A stretch of DNA of 64,000 nt from Thermoanaerobaculia bacterium (GTDB taxonomy: Bacteria; Acidobacteriota; Thermoanaerobaculia; Multivoradales; UBA5704): positions 1 to 64,000 of the forward strand of contig JBGAGQ010000019.1 of the NCBI GenBank assembly GCA_044226625.1. Direction: 5' to 3'. Positions 9,645 to 19,699 of this stretch are shown piece after piece (position 1 is the stretch's first letter; the number at the start of each line of letters is the position of its first letter). The translations under genes and the position numbers were made by a program. Under the pieces are notes generated by a model, which was given only the letters and a program-made list of their open reading frames with translations, was not told the origin of the DNA and made no database searches.

Positions 9645-10555
9645 CCGTCCAGAGCGACGGGCCGTCGCCGCCGGGTTCGACTCCCCGGGTCGCGGCGGTC
9701 GTTCCGACGCTCGGCCGCAGCCCTTACCTCGAAGACTCCCTGAAGGCGCTCCGCGCCCAAGGGGAACCGGTCGAGATCGTCGTCGTCGACCAAGGGGACC
9801 GGCCGGTCGATCTACCGCCGGGTCTCGCCGATTTAACGCTGCGGCCCGGCAGGAATCTCGGCTTCGCCGCCGGCACGAACCTGGGAATCGCGGCGACCGA
9901 GGCGGAGTTCGTGGCGACCGTCAACGACGACGCGATCCTCGAGCTGGACTGGCTCGCGGCGCTTCGAGAATCCCTGGAGCGCGACCCTCGACTCGCCGCC
10001 GCGCAGGGCGCAAACCTGCGTCTCGACGCGCCGGACCTCCTCGACGGCCTCGGAATCGAATGGAACCGGCGCTGGCAGGCGATCCAGATCGGCGCAGGAG
10101 AAAAAGCGCCGGCTCCGGGCGAGCCCGCACGGCCGGTCTGGGGCGTCTCGGCGACCGCCGCCCTCTACCGCCGAAGCGCTCTCGAAGCCGTCCGGCTTGG
10201 GAAAGGGGAGTATTTCGATTCCCGCCTCGGCTCCTACTACGAGGACGTCGAGCTCGCCGGCCGCCTCGCGAAAGCCGGTTTCGGAGCGCTCTGCGTCCCC
10301 GCCGCCCGGGCGCGTCACGCCGGCTCCACCACCGGAGGGGCCGACCGCTGGCGCCTGGTCTACGGCAACCGGCACCTGGCGCTCGCCCGGCATCTCGGCC
10401 TTGGCTACGGATGGCGCCTTCCGGCGCTAGTGGGAAGGGATCTGATCGACCTCGCCCGTGCGATGAAGGAAGGGGATCGGGCGCGGGCACGGGGCATCAT
10501 TCTTGGGTGGGGGCGGGCGGCGCGTCGGCTACCGCGTTTCATTCAAACGTCCTAG
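9641..10555 (+). CDS. Glycosyltransferase family 2
   Basis: VVVDQG, NLGFAAGTNLG, VNDDA (DxD), YYEDVEL; ATGA overlap with the upstream gene. Confidence 0.9.
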   Translation: MTVQSDGPSPPGSTPRVAAVVPTLGRSPYLEDSLKALRAQGEPVEIVVVDQGDRPVDLPPGLADLTLRPGRNLGFAAGTNLGIAATEAEFVATVNDDAILELDWLAALRESLERDPRLAAAQGANLRLDAPDLLDGLGIEWNRRWQAIQIGAGEKAPAPGEPARPVWGVSATAALYRRSALEAVRLGKGEYFDSRLGSYYEDVELAGRLAKAGFGALCVPAARARHAGSTTGGADRWRLVYGNRHLALARHLGLGYGWRLPALVGRDLIDLARAMKEGDRARARGIILGWGRAARRLPRFIQTS

Positions 10556-10606
10556 GGGACGATCCAGGCTGGAAGCTCGCCGATCGCAGCCGACCGGAGG
10601 GGAAAC

Positions 10607-11818
10607 CTACCGCCCGAGCACCGTCCCGCACAGCCAACGCCCGATCTCCCGCGCCGCTTCCTCATGCCCGCGGGCGTTCCAGTGCCCTTCACCCGGCGCG
10701 GTGTTGGGGAAGCCGTGGAGGTAGACCTTCTCGCGCTCAGCGATCTCGCGGAGCGGCGGGGTGAGCGCTAGGAAGTCGATCCCGTCGCGGGCGCTTGCCT
10801 CGGCGAGTCTTCGCTCCGGATAATCGAGGTCGGGGACTCCGAGGGCCTTCGCGAACGCTTCGCGCTTCTTGGCGTCGGGGTCGACCTGGATCGGCGTGGT
10901 GAGGGAAACGACGGCAAACCGGGCGCCTTTCGCTTCGGCCTCGCGCTTCGTTTCGGCGAGCAGGGCCTCGGTCACGGCCCAGGCTTTCTTCCAGGCGTCG
11001 TCGGCCGGCGGGGCGTAGACGGCGTTGTCGAGCCCTAGCTCCTGGAGCGCTTCACCCTTCTCGACCTTTCGGGCTTTGCGTGCTCCGAGCCAGCCGTCGA
11101 GGCGGCTCTTCGCGGCCTTCGCTCCCTGGAGAAGGCGCGATCGGTTGACCAGTCCGTAGAACGCGCGGGCGGGCCAGCTGCGGCGAAACTTGTAGCTCCC
11201 GTGGTCACGGAACGAAGCGTCGAGCACGAGGGACCCGTCCGGCCCGAGGTCGAAATAGGGGCGAAGCTCCTCCTGGTCGAGCGTCTTCTCGTTGTTCCGG
11301 ACGTCGTTGCCGGCGTAAAACGCGAGGAGGACGAGGTCGGGGTGGAACTTCGCGGCCGGGTCGCGGAGGGTGAGCAGCTCCTGCGCCGTGCCGTAGCCGG
11401 AGACGCCGAAGTTCAGGCTCTCGATCCGCCGCGGCATGCCGTCCGGGGCGCCGTCCGGAAAAACTGCGGGGCAGCTCGCCAGCTCTTTTTCGAGGAGCTT
11501 TGCGAAGGTCTGTTCTTCTGGGACCTGGAGAGACTCGACGCAGGAGTCGCCGAGGATGGCGATGCGGTAGGTCCCGGGCGGCTTCGCCGTCGGGACGTCG
11601 GGACCGCGAAAGCCGCTAGAGTTGACGCGGATCTCGGCCCGCCCCTCTTTGGTCCAAAGGCCGGTGGTCCCCGGGATCAGCACCCAGCCGCGATCGGGGT
11701 CCGGACCGTAGAAATTCGGGTTCGATACCCCCGCGACGCGAAACGCCAGCTCGCCGAGCCCGAGCGCGAGCGCGCTCGAGATCAGCAGGGCGAGAAGTTT
11801 CGCGCGGCGGGGCTTCAA
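10607..11818 (-). CDS. SGNH/GDSL hydrolase-family protein
   Basis: ILGDS, NFGVSGYGT, GND, GHWN blocks; N-terminal TM helix. Confidence 0.85.
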   Translation of the reverse strand: MKPRRAKLLALLISSALALGLGELAFRVAGVSNPNFYGPDPDRGWVLIPGTTGLWTKEGRAEIRVNSSGFRGPDVPTAKPPGTYRIAILGDSCVESLQVPEEQTFAKLLEKELASCPAVFPDGAPDGMPRRIESLNFGVSGYGTAQELLTLRDPAAKFHPDLVLLAFYAGNDVRNNEKTLDQEELRPYFDLGPDGSLVLDASFRDHGSYKFRRSWPARAFYGLVNRSRLLQGAKAAKSRLDGWLGARKARKVEKGEALQELGLDNAVYAPPADDAWKKAWAVTEALLAETKREAEAKGARFAVVSLTTPIQVDPDAKKREAFAKALGVPDLDYPERRLAEASARDGIDFLALTPPLREIAEREKVYLHGFPNTAPGEGHWNARGHEEAAREIGRWLCGTVLGR

Positions 11819-11831
11819 CGCCGCCCGCGCC

Positions 11832-11996
11832 CTAGAACAGGGTGTAGATGAACGGCGCGGTCGCCTGGCTGGTCACCACGAGGAGGATCACCAGACCGAG
11901 GATCAGCACGAACGGCACGATCCAGTAGACCTTGTTCTGCTTGGCGAACTGCCAGATCTCACCGAACAGCTTGCCGACGTATCCTGCCTTGCCCAT
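11832..11996 (-). CDS. Small membrane protein, DUF5989/SxtK-like
   Basis: K.YWIVP...APFIYTLF C-terminus; GGAG RBS before ATG 11996. Confidence 0.8.
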   Translation of the reverse strand: MGKAGYVGKLFGEIWQFAKQNKVYWIVPFVLILGLVILLVVTSQATAPFIYTLF

Positions 11997-12175
11997 CGTG
12001 TCTTCTCCTATCTCACTCATCCTAGCTCGACTCTGAGCGTGTGAAGCCATCGTAGCGAGCGGGTCAGCGGCAGGGCGCGGGAGGACCCGGAAACCGGAGC
12101 GTACACGGAAGTACGTAAGGATTTCCGGGAGGACCCGCAACGCCGCAGATGGCCCGCGCAGATGGATTCACAAGC

Positions 12176-14020
12176 TCAGTCGAGTTGGAATTCCTGCTTC
12201 CAATCGCCCGCCTCGGCGAACTTCGGCTGGGCGGTCTTGGCGAGCAGGAAGGGTCCGAGCACCAGATAGTCCATTTCGGTGCGCATGAAACAGCGGTAGG
12301 CGTCCTCGGGGGTGCATACGATCGGCTCGCCCCGGACGTTGAAACTGGTGTTCACGATCACGCCGTAGCCGGTGAGCTTTTCGAACTCCGAGATCAGCGC
12401 GTGATACCGCGGGTTGGTCTCGGAGTTGACCGACTGGATGCGGGCCGAGTCGTCGACGTGGGTGACCGCCGGAATGTCGGAACGGATCTCGTTCACCCAT
12501 TCGAGCAGGTTGTCGCTCCGCTCGGGCTCCCCCTCTGGTCGGGGCCTCCGGCGCTCGGCGCGGACCGGGGCGACCAGCAGCATGTACGGCGACGGGCGAT
12601 CGAGCTCGAAATAGTCGCCCACCCGCTCCTCGAGCACGCTCGGGGCGAACGGCCGGAAGCTCTCGCGGTACTTGATCTTCAGGTTCATCAACGACTGCAT
12701 CTTCGTCGACCGGGCGTCGCCGATGATCGACCGGGCGCCGAGCGCGCGGGGGCCGAACTCCATTCGACCCTGAAGTAGGCCGACGACGTTTTCGCCCGCG
12801 AGAACCTGGGCCACGCGGGGCGCCCACGCCTCATCGGAGAGTTCCTCGTGCGGTAGGTCGTTCTCGGCCAGGTACTCGCGGATCTGCTCACGCGTGAACT
12901 CGGGGCCGAGCAGCGCCGCGCTCATGCCGTCGCGGCCGGCTTTTCGCTGCGGCCGGGGCTTGCCCATCGCGTTGTGGTAGAGCGCGAGCGCGGCGCCGAG
13001 CGCACCGCCCGCGTCGCCCGCCGCAGGCTGGATCCAGAGGTCGTCGAAGATCCCTTCGCGGAGCAGCACGCCGTTGGCGACGCAGTTCAGGGCGACGCCG
13101 CCCGCGAGGCAGAGGTTCCTCTTGCCGGTGAGCTCGCGGGTGTGGCGCGCGAGCTTCAAGACGATCTCCTCGGTGACCTGCTGGATCGAGCGCGCGAGGT
13201 CCATCTCGCGGCGGGTGATCCGCGATTCGGGGCTGCGCGGCGGACCGCCGAACAGGCGCGCGAACTTGTCGTTCGTCATCGCGAGCCCGTCCAGGTAGCC
13301 GAAATAATCCATGTTCAGCCGGAACGAGCCGTCCTCGCGCAGGTCGATCAGCTCGCGTTTGATCAGGTCGGCGTATTTCGGCGCGCCGTACGGGGCGAGC
13401 CCCATCAGCTTGTACTCGCCCGAGTTGACCTTGAATCCGGTGAAGTAGGTGAACGCCGAGTAGAGCAGGCCGATCGAATGCGGAAAGCGGATCTCGCGGA
13501 TCAGCCGGAGCTTCTCGCCTTCACCCACGCCGATCGTGGTAGTCGCCCATTCGCCGACGCCGTCGAGCGTGAGCACCGCCGCCTCGGAAAACGGCGAGGG
13601 GTAGTAGGCGCTCGCGGCGTGCGATTCGTGGTGCTGGGCGAAACGGATCGGCACCTCCCCTTCGATGCCGCAGGCCTCGAGCGACTCCTGGATTTGTGGC
13701 GGAATCCAGAGTTTCTCCTTGAGCCAGATGGGGATTGCCTGGAGATAGGAGGCGAGACCGCGCGGGGCGACGGTGAGGTACGTCTCGAGGATCCGGTGGA
13801 ACTTGAGCAGCGGCTTGTCGTAGAAGACGACCGCGTCGAGCGGGCCGCCGTCGCGAACGGCGCCCTCCGCCAGGCAGTAGCGGACGGCGTTCGAGGGAAA
13901 TCCCTCGTCGTGTTTCTTGCGGGTGAAGCGTTCTTCCTGCGCGGCGGCGATGATGTCGCCGTCGAGGACCAGACAGGCGGCCGAGTCGTGGTAATAGCAG
14001 CTGATGCCGAGGATTTTCAT
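12176..14020 (-). CDS. O-carbamoyltransferase (NodU/CmcH family)
   Basis: ILGIS.YYHDSAA, QEERFTRKKH, HHESHAAS, GEYKLMGLAPYG, EFGPRALG, NTSFN. Confidence 0.95.
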   Translation of the reverse strand: MKILGISCYYHDSAACLVLDGDIIAAAQEERFTRKKHDEGFPSNAVRYCLAEGAVRDGGPLDAVVFYDKPLLKFHRILETYLTVAPRGLASYLQAIPIWLKEKLWIPPQIQESLEACGIEGEVPIRFAQHHESHAASAYYPSPFSEAAVLTLDGVGEWATTTIGVGEGEKLRLIREIRFPHSIGLLYSAFTYFTGFKVNSGEYKLMGLAPYGAPKYADLIKRELIDLREDGSFRLNMDYFGYLDGLAMTNDKFARLFGGPPRSPESRITRREMDLARSIQQVTEEIVLKLARHTRELTGKRNLCLAGGVALNCVANGVLLREGIFDDLWIQPAAGDAGGALGAALALYHNAMGKPRPQRKAGRDGMSAALLGPEFTREQIREYLAENDLPHEELSDEAWAPRVAQVLAGENVVGLLQGRMEFGPRALGARSIIGDARSTKMQSLMNLKIKYRESFRPFAPSVLEERVGDYFELDRPSPYMLLVAPVRAERRRPRPEGEPERSDNLLEWVNEIRSDIPAVTHVDDSARIQSVNSETNPRYHALISEFEKLTGYGVIVNTSFNVRGEPIVCTPEDAYRCFMRTEMDYLVLGPFLLAKTAQPKFAEAGDWKQEFQLD

Positions 14021-14035
14021 CGGTGCGGGCCGTCT

Positions 14036-14530
14036 CTAGAACTGCCGCTCGTAGGTCGCGGGACCGGAGGGGTGATCCTCGGTCGAGATCCAGTAGCTCG
14101 AGAGCTTCGGATCGGCGCCAAGGGTGATTCCGGTCTTGCCGCGAGAGCGCAGGAACAGGCCGACCGGCAGGAAGAACAGGAAGAAGATGATCGGCATCAG
14201 GATCCAGGTGACGACCAGTCCGATCGCCCGGCCGAGCTTCTCGACCCCCAGGGTGAGGATCCGGAAAGCCCCGAGGGGCGAAAGGAGGGCGAGCAGCGTG
14301 ACCAGGGCGGCGATCGAGGCGATCACCGAGCCGAGCGTCGGCCGGTGGAAGGCGAACGCCGCGACGAGCGCGGCGGCGAAACCGACGGCCCCTTGGATCG
14401 CTCCGCGCACGCGGGCGGCACGTGCCGCCTCGGCGCGGGCGCGCGTTTCGGCCCCGGGATCGCGGCGCCATTGCCAAACCCCTGCCGACGGGACGGAAAG
14501 GGCGGAGGGAGACAAGGAGCGGTCCGTCAT
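14036..14530 (-). CDS. SxtJ-family membrane protein
   Basis: TM helices and a SYW...YERQF C-terminus; lies directly upstream of the carbamoyltransferase. Confidence 0.7.
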   Translation of the reverse strand: MTDRSLSPSALSVPSAGVWQWRRDPGAETRARAEAARAARVRGAIQGAVGFAAALVAAFAFHRPTLGSVIASIAALVTLLALLSPLGAFRILTLGVEKLGRAIGLVVTWILMPIIFFLFFLPVGLFLRSRGKTGITLGADPKLSSYWISTEDHPSGPATYERQF

Positions 14531-14832
14531 CCTGGGAGAGTTCCTATTCGAGACTTTTTTCGAAGTTTGACGAGGAGTCGGAGCGCCGGTCCGAAAAGCC
14601 GAGTGCGCCCACAGAGCCTGCGGGCGGCGGATTTTAGCCGGGACCTCCGGGGGCTTGCAAGCGATATGGGTGGTACCCGAACCGTCGCGATCGACGCGGG
14701 CTCCACGAACTGCGCAGCGGAGTGCCGGCGCCTGAAACGTTTGCCCGTTCCGTCCCGCCGAAGAGAGAGGTTAAGATCGATGCCCAGCTATACAACCTGC
14801 TTTCAGATCTGGAGAAAAGGAGCTCTGGAGAA

Positions 14833-15903
14833 ATGATCTCGCTTTCTCGTACCTCGAAATCCATGCGGGCCGTTGTCGCCGTGGCGCTCTTCCTCGCGTC
14901 GGCGCTGGTGGCTTCGGCCCCCGCCGCGGCGCAGCCCTTTGGCGCCTGGTTCACCATGTCCGGCCAGCCGCAGCACGGTTACATCCGCATTCCGCACAAC
15001 GCGGCGCTCAATCCCACGAACCGGTTCACCTTCGAGGCTTGGGTGGCGGTTACCGATCCCGGCGGCTGCAGCTCGATCGCCGGGAAGGCTTTCACGCAGG
15101 CCTGGTGGGTCGGGATCTGCGGGACGACGCTCCGCTCGTACCTGAAAGGATCGGGCTCCTTGAGGGACGGCGGAACCCTCTCCTCCGGCTGGACCCACAT
15201 CGCGGTCGTGTTCAACGGGACCCGGCGGATGCACTACGTCGACGGCGAGCTGGTGCTGAACGTGCCGGAGACCGGTCCGCTCACGACCAGCACCTCGGAG
15301 ATGCGGATCGGCAGCGACGCCAACTACTCCCGTACCCCGCAAGGCGCGATCGACGAGGTCCGCCTGTGGAGCGTCGCGCGGACCCAGGCCCAGATTCGGC
15401 AGAACCTCAACCGGCGAATCAACACGGCGCAACCCGGCCTGATCGGCGTTTGGGCGCTCGACGGCAGCGGAAACGCCACGGTCGGTGGCCGCAACGGAAC
15501 GGTGATGGGCGACGGCGTCGGCTTCCTCACGTTCCCGGCGGGCGGAACCTGCGCGAACGCCGGCAAGTTCATCTGCTTCCACAATCGCTTCCTGGTGAAC
15601 GCCGAATACCGGACGGGTGCCCCGGGAACCCACACCTTCGCCCCCGCCGATCCCGTCGACAGCACGCAGAGCTCGGGCGTCTTCTCCTTCCCGAACGCCG
15701 ACATCTGGCAGGTGCTGGTCAACGTGATCGATTCCTGCTCGACGTCGGGCAAGTTCACGGTCGCCGTTTCGACCCCCTCGACGTTGTTCGAGCGGATCAA
15801 CGTGTTCGACACCGTCGGCTTTGAGAACAGGATCTACTACCACTACCCTGGAGCGCCCTCGGCGCCGATCGTCGACACGAACGCTTTCGCGACCTGCCCG
15901 TAA
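14833..15903 (+). CDS. Secreted LamG/concanavalin-like domain protein with a Cys-containing C-terminal domain
   Basis: Signal peptide; FTFEAWV, WTHIAVVFNG, YVDG, GAIDEVRLWS LamG motifs; GGAG RBS before ATG 14833. Confidence 0.8.
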   Translation: MISLSRTSKSMRAVVAVALFLASALVASAPAAAQPFGAWFTMSGQPQHGYIRIPHNAALNPTNRFTFEAWVAVTDPGGCSSIAGKAFTQAWWVGICGTTLRSYLKGSGSLRDGGTLSSGWTHIAVVFNGTRRMHYVDGELVLNVPETGPLTTSTSEMRIGSDANYSRTPQGAIDEVRLWSVARTQAQIRQNLNRRINTAQPGLIGVWALDGSGNATVGGRNGTVMGDGVGFLTFPAGGTCANAGKFICFHNRFLVNAEYRTGAPGTHTFAPADPVDSTQSSGVFSFPNADIWQVLVNVIDSCSTSGKFTVAVSTPSTLFERINVFDTVGFENRIYYHYPGAPSAPIVDTNAFATCP

Positions 15904-15913
15904 CGGAGGTTCG

Positions 15914-15948
15914 CTCGGGCTCCCGGCCTTTCGCGCCGGGAGCCCGAG
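15914..15948. terminator. GC-rich hairpin between convergent genes (probable bidirectional terminator)
   Basis: CTCGGGCTCCCGGC-ctttcgc-GCCGGGAGCCCGAG, a perfect 14-bp stem. Confidence 0.7.
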
Positions 15949-15954
15949 ATGCAG

Positions 15955-17289
15955 TCACCGGAGCGCGCGCCCTTTCGTCTCGACCGCCCAAGGGAGCAGG
16001 GCGAGGCCGACCAGCGGGACGAAGCCGACGTAGAACAGGGCACGTAGGGCGCTCGTGAGCGAGTTCGCCCCCTGCGCCGCGATGGTGCCGACGAGGATCG
16101 GCCCCGCCGCCGCGAGGATGCGCCCGACGTTGTAGCAGAAGCCGGCGCCGGTACCCCGCAGGCGGGTGGGGAACAGCTCCGGCAGGTAGTAAGTGAAGCT
16201 GCCGAAGACGCCGAAGACGGTGAGCCCGATCAGGAAATACATCGCGAGGCGCGTGGTCGGCTCGAGGTCGAGCCCGAACGTCGCGAGAATCGCCGCCCCC
16301 GAGCCGAGGAAATAGATCGCGAACATCGTCCGCCGGCCGAAGAATTTGGCGAACGGGATCGTGGCGAGCGTGCCGATCAGGCCGCCCAGGTTGAAATAGT
16401 TGGTCGCGAGGCGCTTCCAACCCTCGACGAGCGCGAGCGTACCTTCCTTGGCGAGACCCTGCGCAGCGGCCGAAGCCTGGGCGAGGCCGGTCGCCACCAC
16501 GGGGATGAACGCGTTGGAGCTCCACCACATGATCAGCGCGACCAAGGCCATCAGAAATCCGGAGAGCGTGAGCCGCCGGTGCTCGGCGTCGAACAGCTCG
16601 GCGAGGCGCGGCGGCTTGGCTTTGGACGCCTCGCTCTTCCATAGCTCGGGTTCCTTCACGAAGGCGCGCACGACGAACGCCGCGCCCGCCGGGATCAGCC
16701 CGCAGAGGAAGACATAGCGCCACGAGGTTTCGGGCACCGAGCGGAAGAGATCGCCCGCGATCTGGTAGTTGACGAACGTGGCGAGGAACAAGCCCATCGG
16801 CGCGGAGGTGTAAAGGAGTGCGCCCGCTTCCACCCGCCGAGATTCCGGGACCACCTCGGCGACCATCGACGCGCCGGCCGCCCATTCCCCGCCGATGCCG
16901 AAGCTCGAGATCAGGCGGAACAGGAGGAGCACCCAAAGGTTCGGCGCGAAGGCGCACGCCGCCGTGCCGAGCGCGTAGAGCAGCATGGTGAGCAGGAGGG
17001 TCCGCGTCCGGCCGATCCGGTCGGCGACTTGGCCGAAGACGATGCCACCGATCGCCCAACCGACGAGGAGGACCGAGGTGAGCAGGCCGGTCCAGCGCAG
17101 CGTCGCCGCCTTCGCCTCGGGCGATCCGATCGTGAGGCCGAGAAGGGTCGGCACGCAGTTCGGCGCCACGAAGTTGAACAGTAGGCCGTCGAAGACGTCG
17201 AAACCCCAGCCGAGCCAGGCGGCGAAGAGGACCGTCCATTGGTAGCCGTTCATTCCCCAGACGGTGCGGCCGGGCGCTGCGCTGGTCAT
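15955..17289 (-). CDS. MFS transporter
   Basis: GQVADRIGRTR motif A, GIGGEW, PELFPTRLRG, about 12 TM helices. Confidence 0.9.
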   Translation of the reverse strand: MTSAAPGRTVWGMNGYQWTVLFAAWLGWGFDVFDGLLFNFVAPNCVPTLLGLTIGSPEAKAATLRWTGLLTSVLLVGWAIGGIVFGQVADRIGRTRTLLLTMLLYALGTAACAFAPNLWVLLLFRLISSFGIGGEWAAGASMVAEVVPESRRVEAGALLYTSAPMGLFLATFVNYQIAGDLFRSVPETSWRYVFLCGLIPAGAAFVVRAFVKEPELWKSEASKAKPPRLAELFDAEHRRLTLSGFLMALVALIMWWSSNAFIPVVATGLAQASAAAQGLAKEGTLALVEGWKRLATNYFNLGGLIGTLATIPFAKFFGRRTMFAIYFLGSGAAILATFGLDLEPTTRLAMYFLIGLTVFGVFGSFTYYLPELFPTRLRGTGAGFCYNVGRILAAAGPILVGTIAAQGANSLTSALRALFYVGFVPLVGLALLPWAVETKGRALR

Positions 17290-17405
17290 GGTTTGAAGCC
17301 TCCCGAGGTGGCGGCGCGAGTCTAACGGATCGGCCGATCGGATCGGTTCGGCCCGCCCGGAGCCCGTACCCGGCGGCTCGGAAGCCGGCTGCTACACTGG
17401 CCGAC

Positions 17406-18491
17406 GTGAGCGAACGCGACGCCAGCGACCTTTTTCTCTCCCTCACCCCAGAGCGGGTGCTCGCCGCGGTCGAGGCGGCGGGCCACGAGACGACCGGTCT
17501 TTGCTACCCGCTCAACTCGTTCGAAAACCGGGTCTACGAGGTGGAGCTCGTCGATCGTTCTCGGGTGATCGCCAAGTTCTACCGCCCGGGGCGCTGGAGC
17601 GCGGAGCAGATCCTCGCCGAGCACCGGTTCCTTGACGATCTGGTGGAAGAGGAAATCCCGGTGGTCCCGATGCGCCGGTTCGGCGACGGCTCGACGCTCG
17701 GACGGATCGAGGGAATCTGGTACGCGCTCGCCGATCGGCGCGGCGGACGAGCTCCCGGCGAGCTGTCGGAAGAGCTGGCCGCCCGGCTCGGACGGCTGGT
17801 CGGTCGAATGCACAACGTCGGCGCGCGTCGGCCCGCCGCGCCTCGCCTCGCGATGACGGCGGACGCGTTCATCCGCGACGCCCTCGCTTGGCTCGCCGAG
17901 CACGGCACCCTGCCGGGACACCTCGCCCCGCGTTACCGGGCGGCCGCCGTCGGCATCGCCGAGGCGGTCGACGTGGCGCTCGAGGGGATGCCGACGCACC
18001 GCATCCACGGCGATCTCCATCTGGGAAACCTGCTGGAACGGGACGGCCGGCTCCACCTGATCGATTTCGACGACATGGTCGACGGGCCGGCGGCGCAAGA
18101 CCTGTGGCTCGCCCTGCCAGGGCGCGACGCCGAAACGCTGGAGCTACGCGAGGTGTTCCTCGACGGGTATCGCCAGTTCCGCGACTTCGACCGCGCCTGG
18201 CTCGCCGGCATCGAGCCGCTGCGCGGTTTGCGCCTCATCCATTACGCGACCTGGATCGCGCGCCGGTGGCATGATCCGGCGTTTCCCGCCGCCTGGCCTT
18301 GGTTCGGCACGGTCGAGTACTGGACCCGGGAAACCGAGGATCTGGAAGAGCAGCTCGCGGTGATCCGGGGCGAGATCGAAGCGGCGCGCCGCGAGGAGGA
18401 CAGAGCCGCGGGGCGCGAGGTTGCGGCGGTCCGAGACGACACCCCGGAGCTCACCAATAAGGACTTCTTTTGGGATTGGGAAGGGAACTAA
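17406..18491 (+). CDS. srkA: Stress-response Ser/Thr kinase, SrkA/RdoA (YihE) family
   Basis: LNSFENRVY, KFYRPGRWS, IHGDLHLGN, IDFDD, RWHDPAFP. Confidence 0.85.
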   Translation: MSERDASDLFLSLTPERVLAAVEAAGHETTGLCYPLNSFENRVYEVELVDRSRVIAKFYRPGRWSAEQILAEHRFLDDLVEEEIPVVPMRRFGDGSTLGRIEGIWYALADRRGGRAPGELSEELAARLGRLVGRMHNVGARRPAAPRLAMTADAFIRDALAWLAEHGTLPGHLAPRYRAAAVGIAEAVDVALEGMPTHRIHGDLHLGNLLERDGRLHLIDFDDMVDGPAAQDLWLALPGRDAETLELREVFLDGYRQFRDFDRAWLAGIEPLRGLRLIHYATWIARRWHDPAFPAAWPWFGTVEYWTRETEDLEEQLAVIRGEIEAARREEDRAAGREVAAVRDDTPELTNKDFFWDWEGN

Positions 18492-18613
18492 GTCGTCCCG
18501 GTTCGCGCGGGGCGCCTTTAGCACTCAGGCCCTTTTCGGGCCAAAAACGGGCCAAATCTGGTAGGTTCCCGCACCGTTTCGTGAAGGCGGGTGAAAACCT
18601 CAAAGGGGCGGGA

Positions 18614-19588
18614 ATGGAAATTTACGAGAACATCCTCGAAACGCTCGGCAACACGCCGTTGGTCAAGCTCGGGCGTTTCTCTCCGACCGGCGCGACGCTC
18701 GCGGCCAAGGTCGAGTCGTTCAATCCCGGGTCGAGCGTCAAGGACCGGATCGGCATCGCGATGATCGAGGCCGGCGAGAAGGCTGGGCTCTTGAAACCCG
18801 GCGGGACGATCGTCGAGCCCACCTCGGGCAACACCGGCGTGGGGCTCGCGATGGCGGCGAACCTCAAGGGCTACAAGCTGGTCTGTACCTGCGCGGACAA
18901 GATTCCAAAGGAGAAGGTGGCGTTGCTCGAGGCCTTCGGCGCCCGGGTGCTGACCTGCCCGACGAACGTCGAGGCGACCGATCCGCGCTCCTACTACAAG
19001 GTGGCCGAGCGGATTCGGGACGAAGAGGGGGCGTACCTTCCCTATCAGTATTACAACCAGGCGAACCCGGAAGCGCACTATCGGACCACCGGGCCGGAGA
19101 TCTGGCGCCAGACCGACGGCAAGATCACCCATTGGGTCGCGGGTGTGGGCACCGGCGGCACGATCAGCGGTGCGGCGAAGTTCCTGAAGGAGCAGAATCC
19201 GGAGATCCGGGTGATCGGGGTCGATCCGATCGGCAGCGTCTACGAGTACTACATCGAGCATCGCGAGCTGCCGCCGCAGGAGCAGATCCATCAGTACCTG
19301 ATCGACGGCATCGGCGAGGACTTCATGCCCTCGACCGTCTGGTGGGATTACATCGACGAGATCGTCAAGGTCGATGACAAGAGCGCCTACCGGGCGACCT
19401 GGGACCTCGCTCGAATGGAATCGATCTTCACCGGCTCGTCCGGCGGCGCCGCCGCCGAGGGCGCCCGGCGCGTCGCCCGGGATTTGCCGGAAGAAGCGCT
19501 CGTGGTCACGCTGTTCCCCGACGCGGGCGACCGCTACCTCTCGAAGTTCAATGAGGAGTGGATGCGCGACAAGGGCCTTTTGGACTGA
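18614..19588 (+). CDS. PLP-dependent cysteine synthase / cystathionine beta-synthase family
   Basis: GNTPLV, NPGSSVKDR, EPTSGNTG, GTGGT, GIGEDF; ATG at 18614. Confidence 0.9.
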   Translation: MEIYENILETLGNTPLVKLGRFSPTGATLAAKVESFNPGSSVKDRIGIAMIEAGEKAGLLKPGGTIVEPTSGNTGVGLAMAANLKGYKLVCTCADKIPKEKVALLEAFGARVLTCPTNVEATDPRSYYKVAERIRDEEGAYLPYQYYNQANPEAHYRTTGPEIWRQTDGKITHWVAGVGTGGTISGAAKFLKEQNPEIRVIGVDPIGSVYEYYIEHRELPPQEQIHQYLIDGIGEDFMPSTVWWDYIDEIVKVDDKSAYRATWDLARMESIFTGSSGGAAAEGARRVARDLPEEALVVTLFPDAGDRYLSKFNEEWMRDKGLLD

Positions 19589-19627
19589 CCCCGTAGCGCC
19601 CGCCGCGGGAGTGGCGACCGGCCCGTT

Positions 19628-19657
19628 TTGACAGGACGGGCCGCTAGGTTCTATCTT
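19628..19657 (+). promoter_or_regulatory. Putative sigma70 promoter
   Basis: TTGACA-18-TATCTT upstream of ATG 19700 and a GGAG RBS. Confidence 0.5.
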
Positions 19658-19699
19658 TCCGGTCAATTATCCAGATTTCTCCCTTGAAGGAGACTTTCG

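Noticed and set aside
10607-14530. Saxitoxin biosynthesis cluster
   Set aside because: Only the widespread sxtI/J/K-like cassette is present; no sxtA, sxtG or other core genes
18614-19588. Cysteine synthase as a dedicated sulfur donor for YcaO-TfuA
   Set aside because: Opposite strand, separated by a 3.8-kb unrelated gene and a terminator; only proximity supports it
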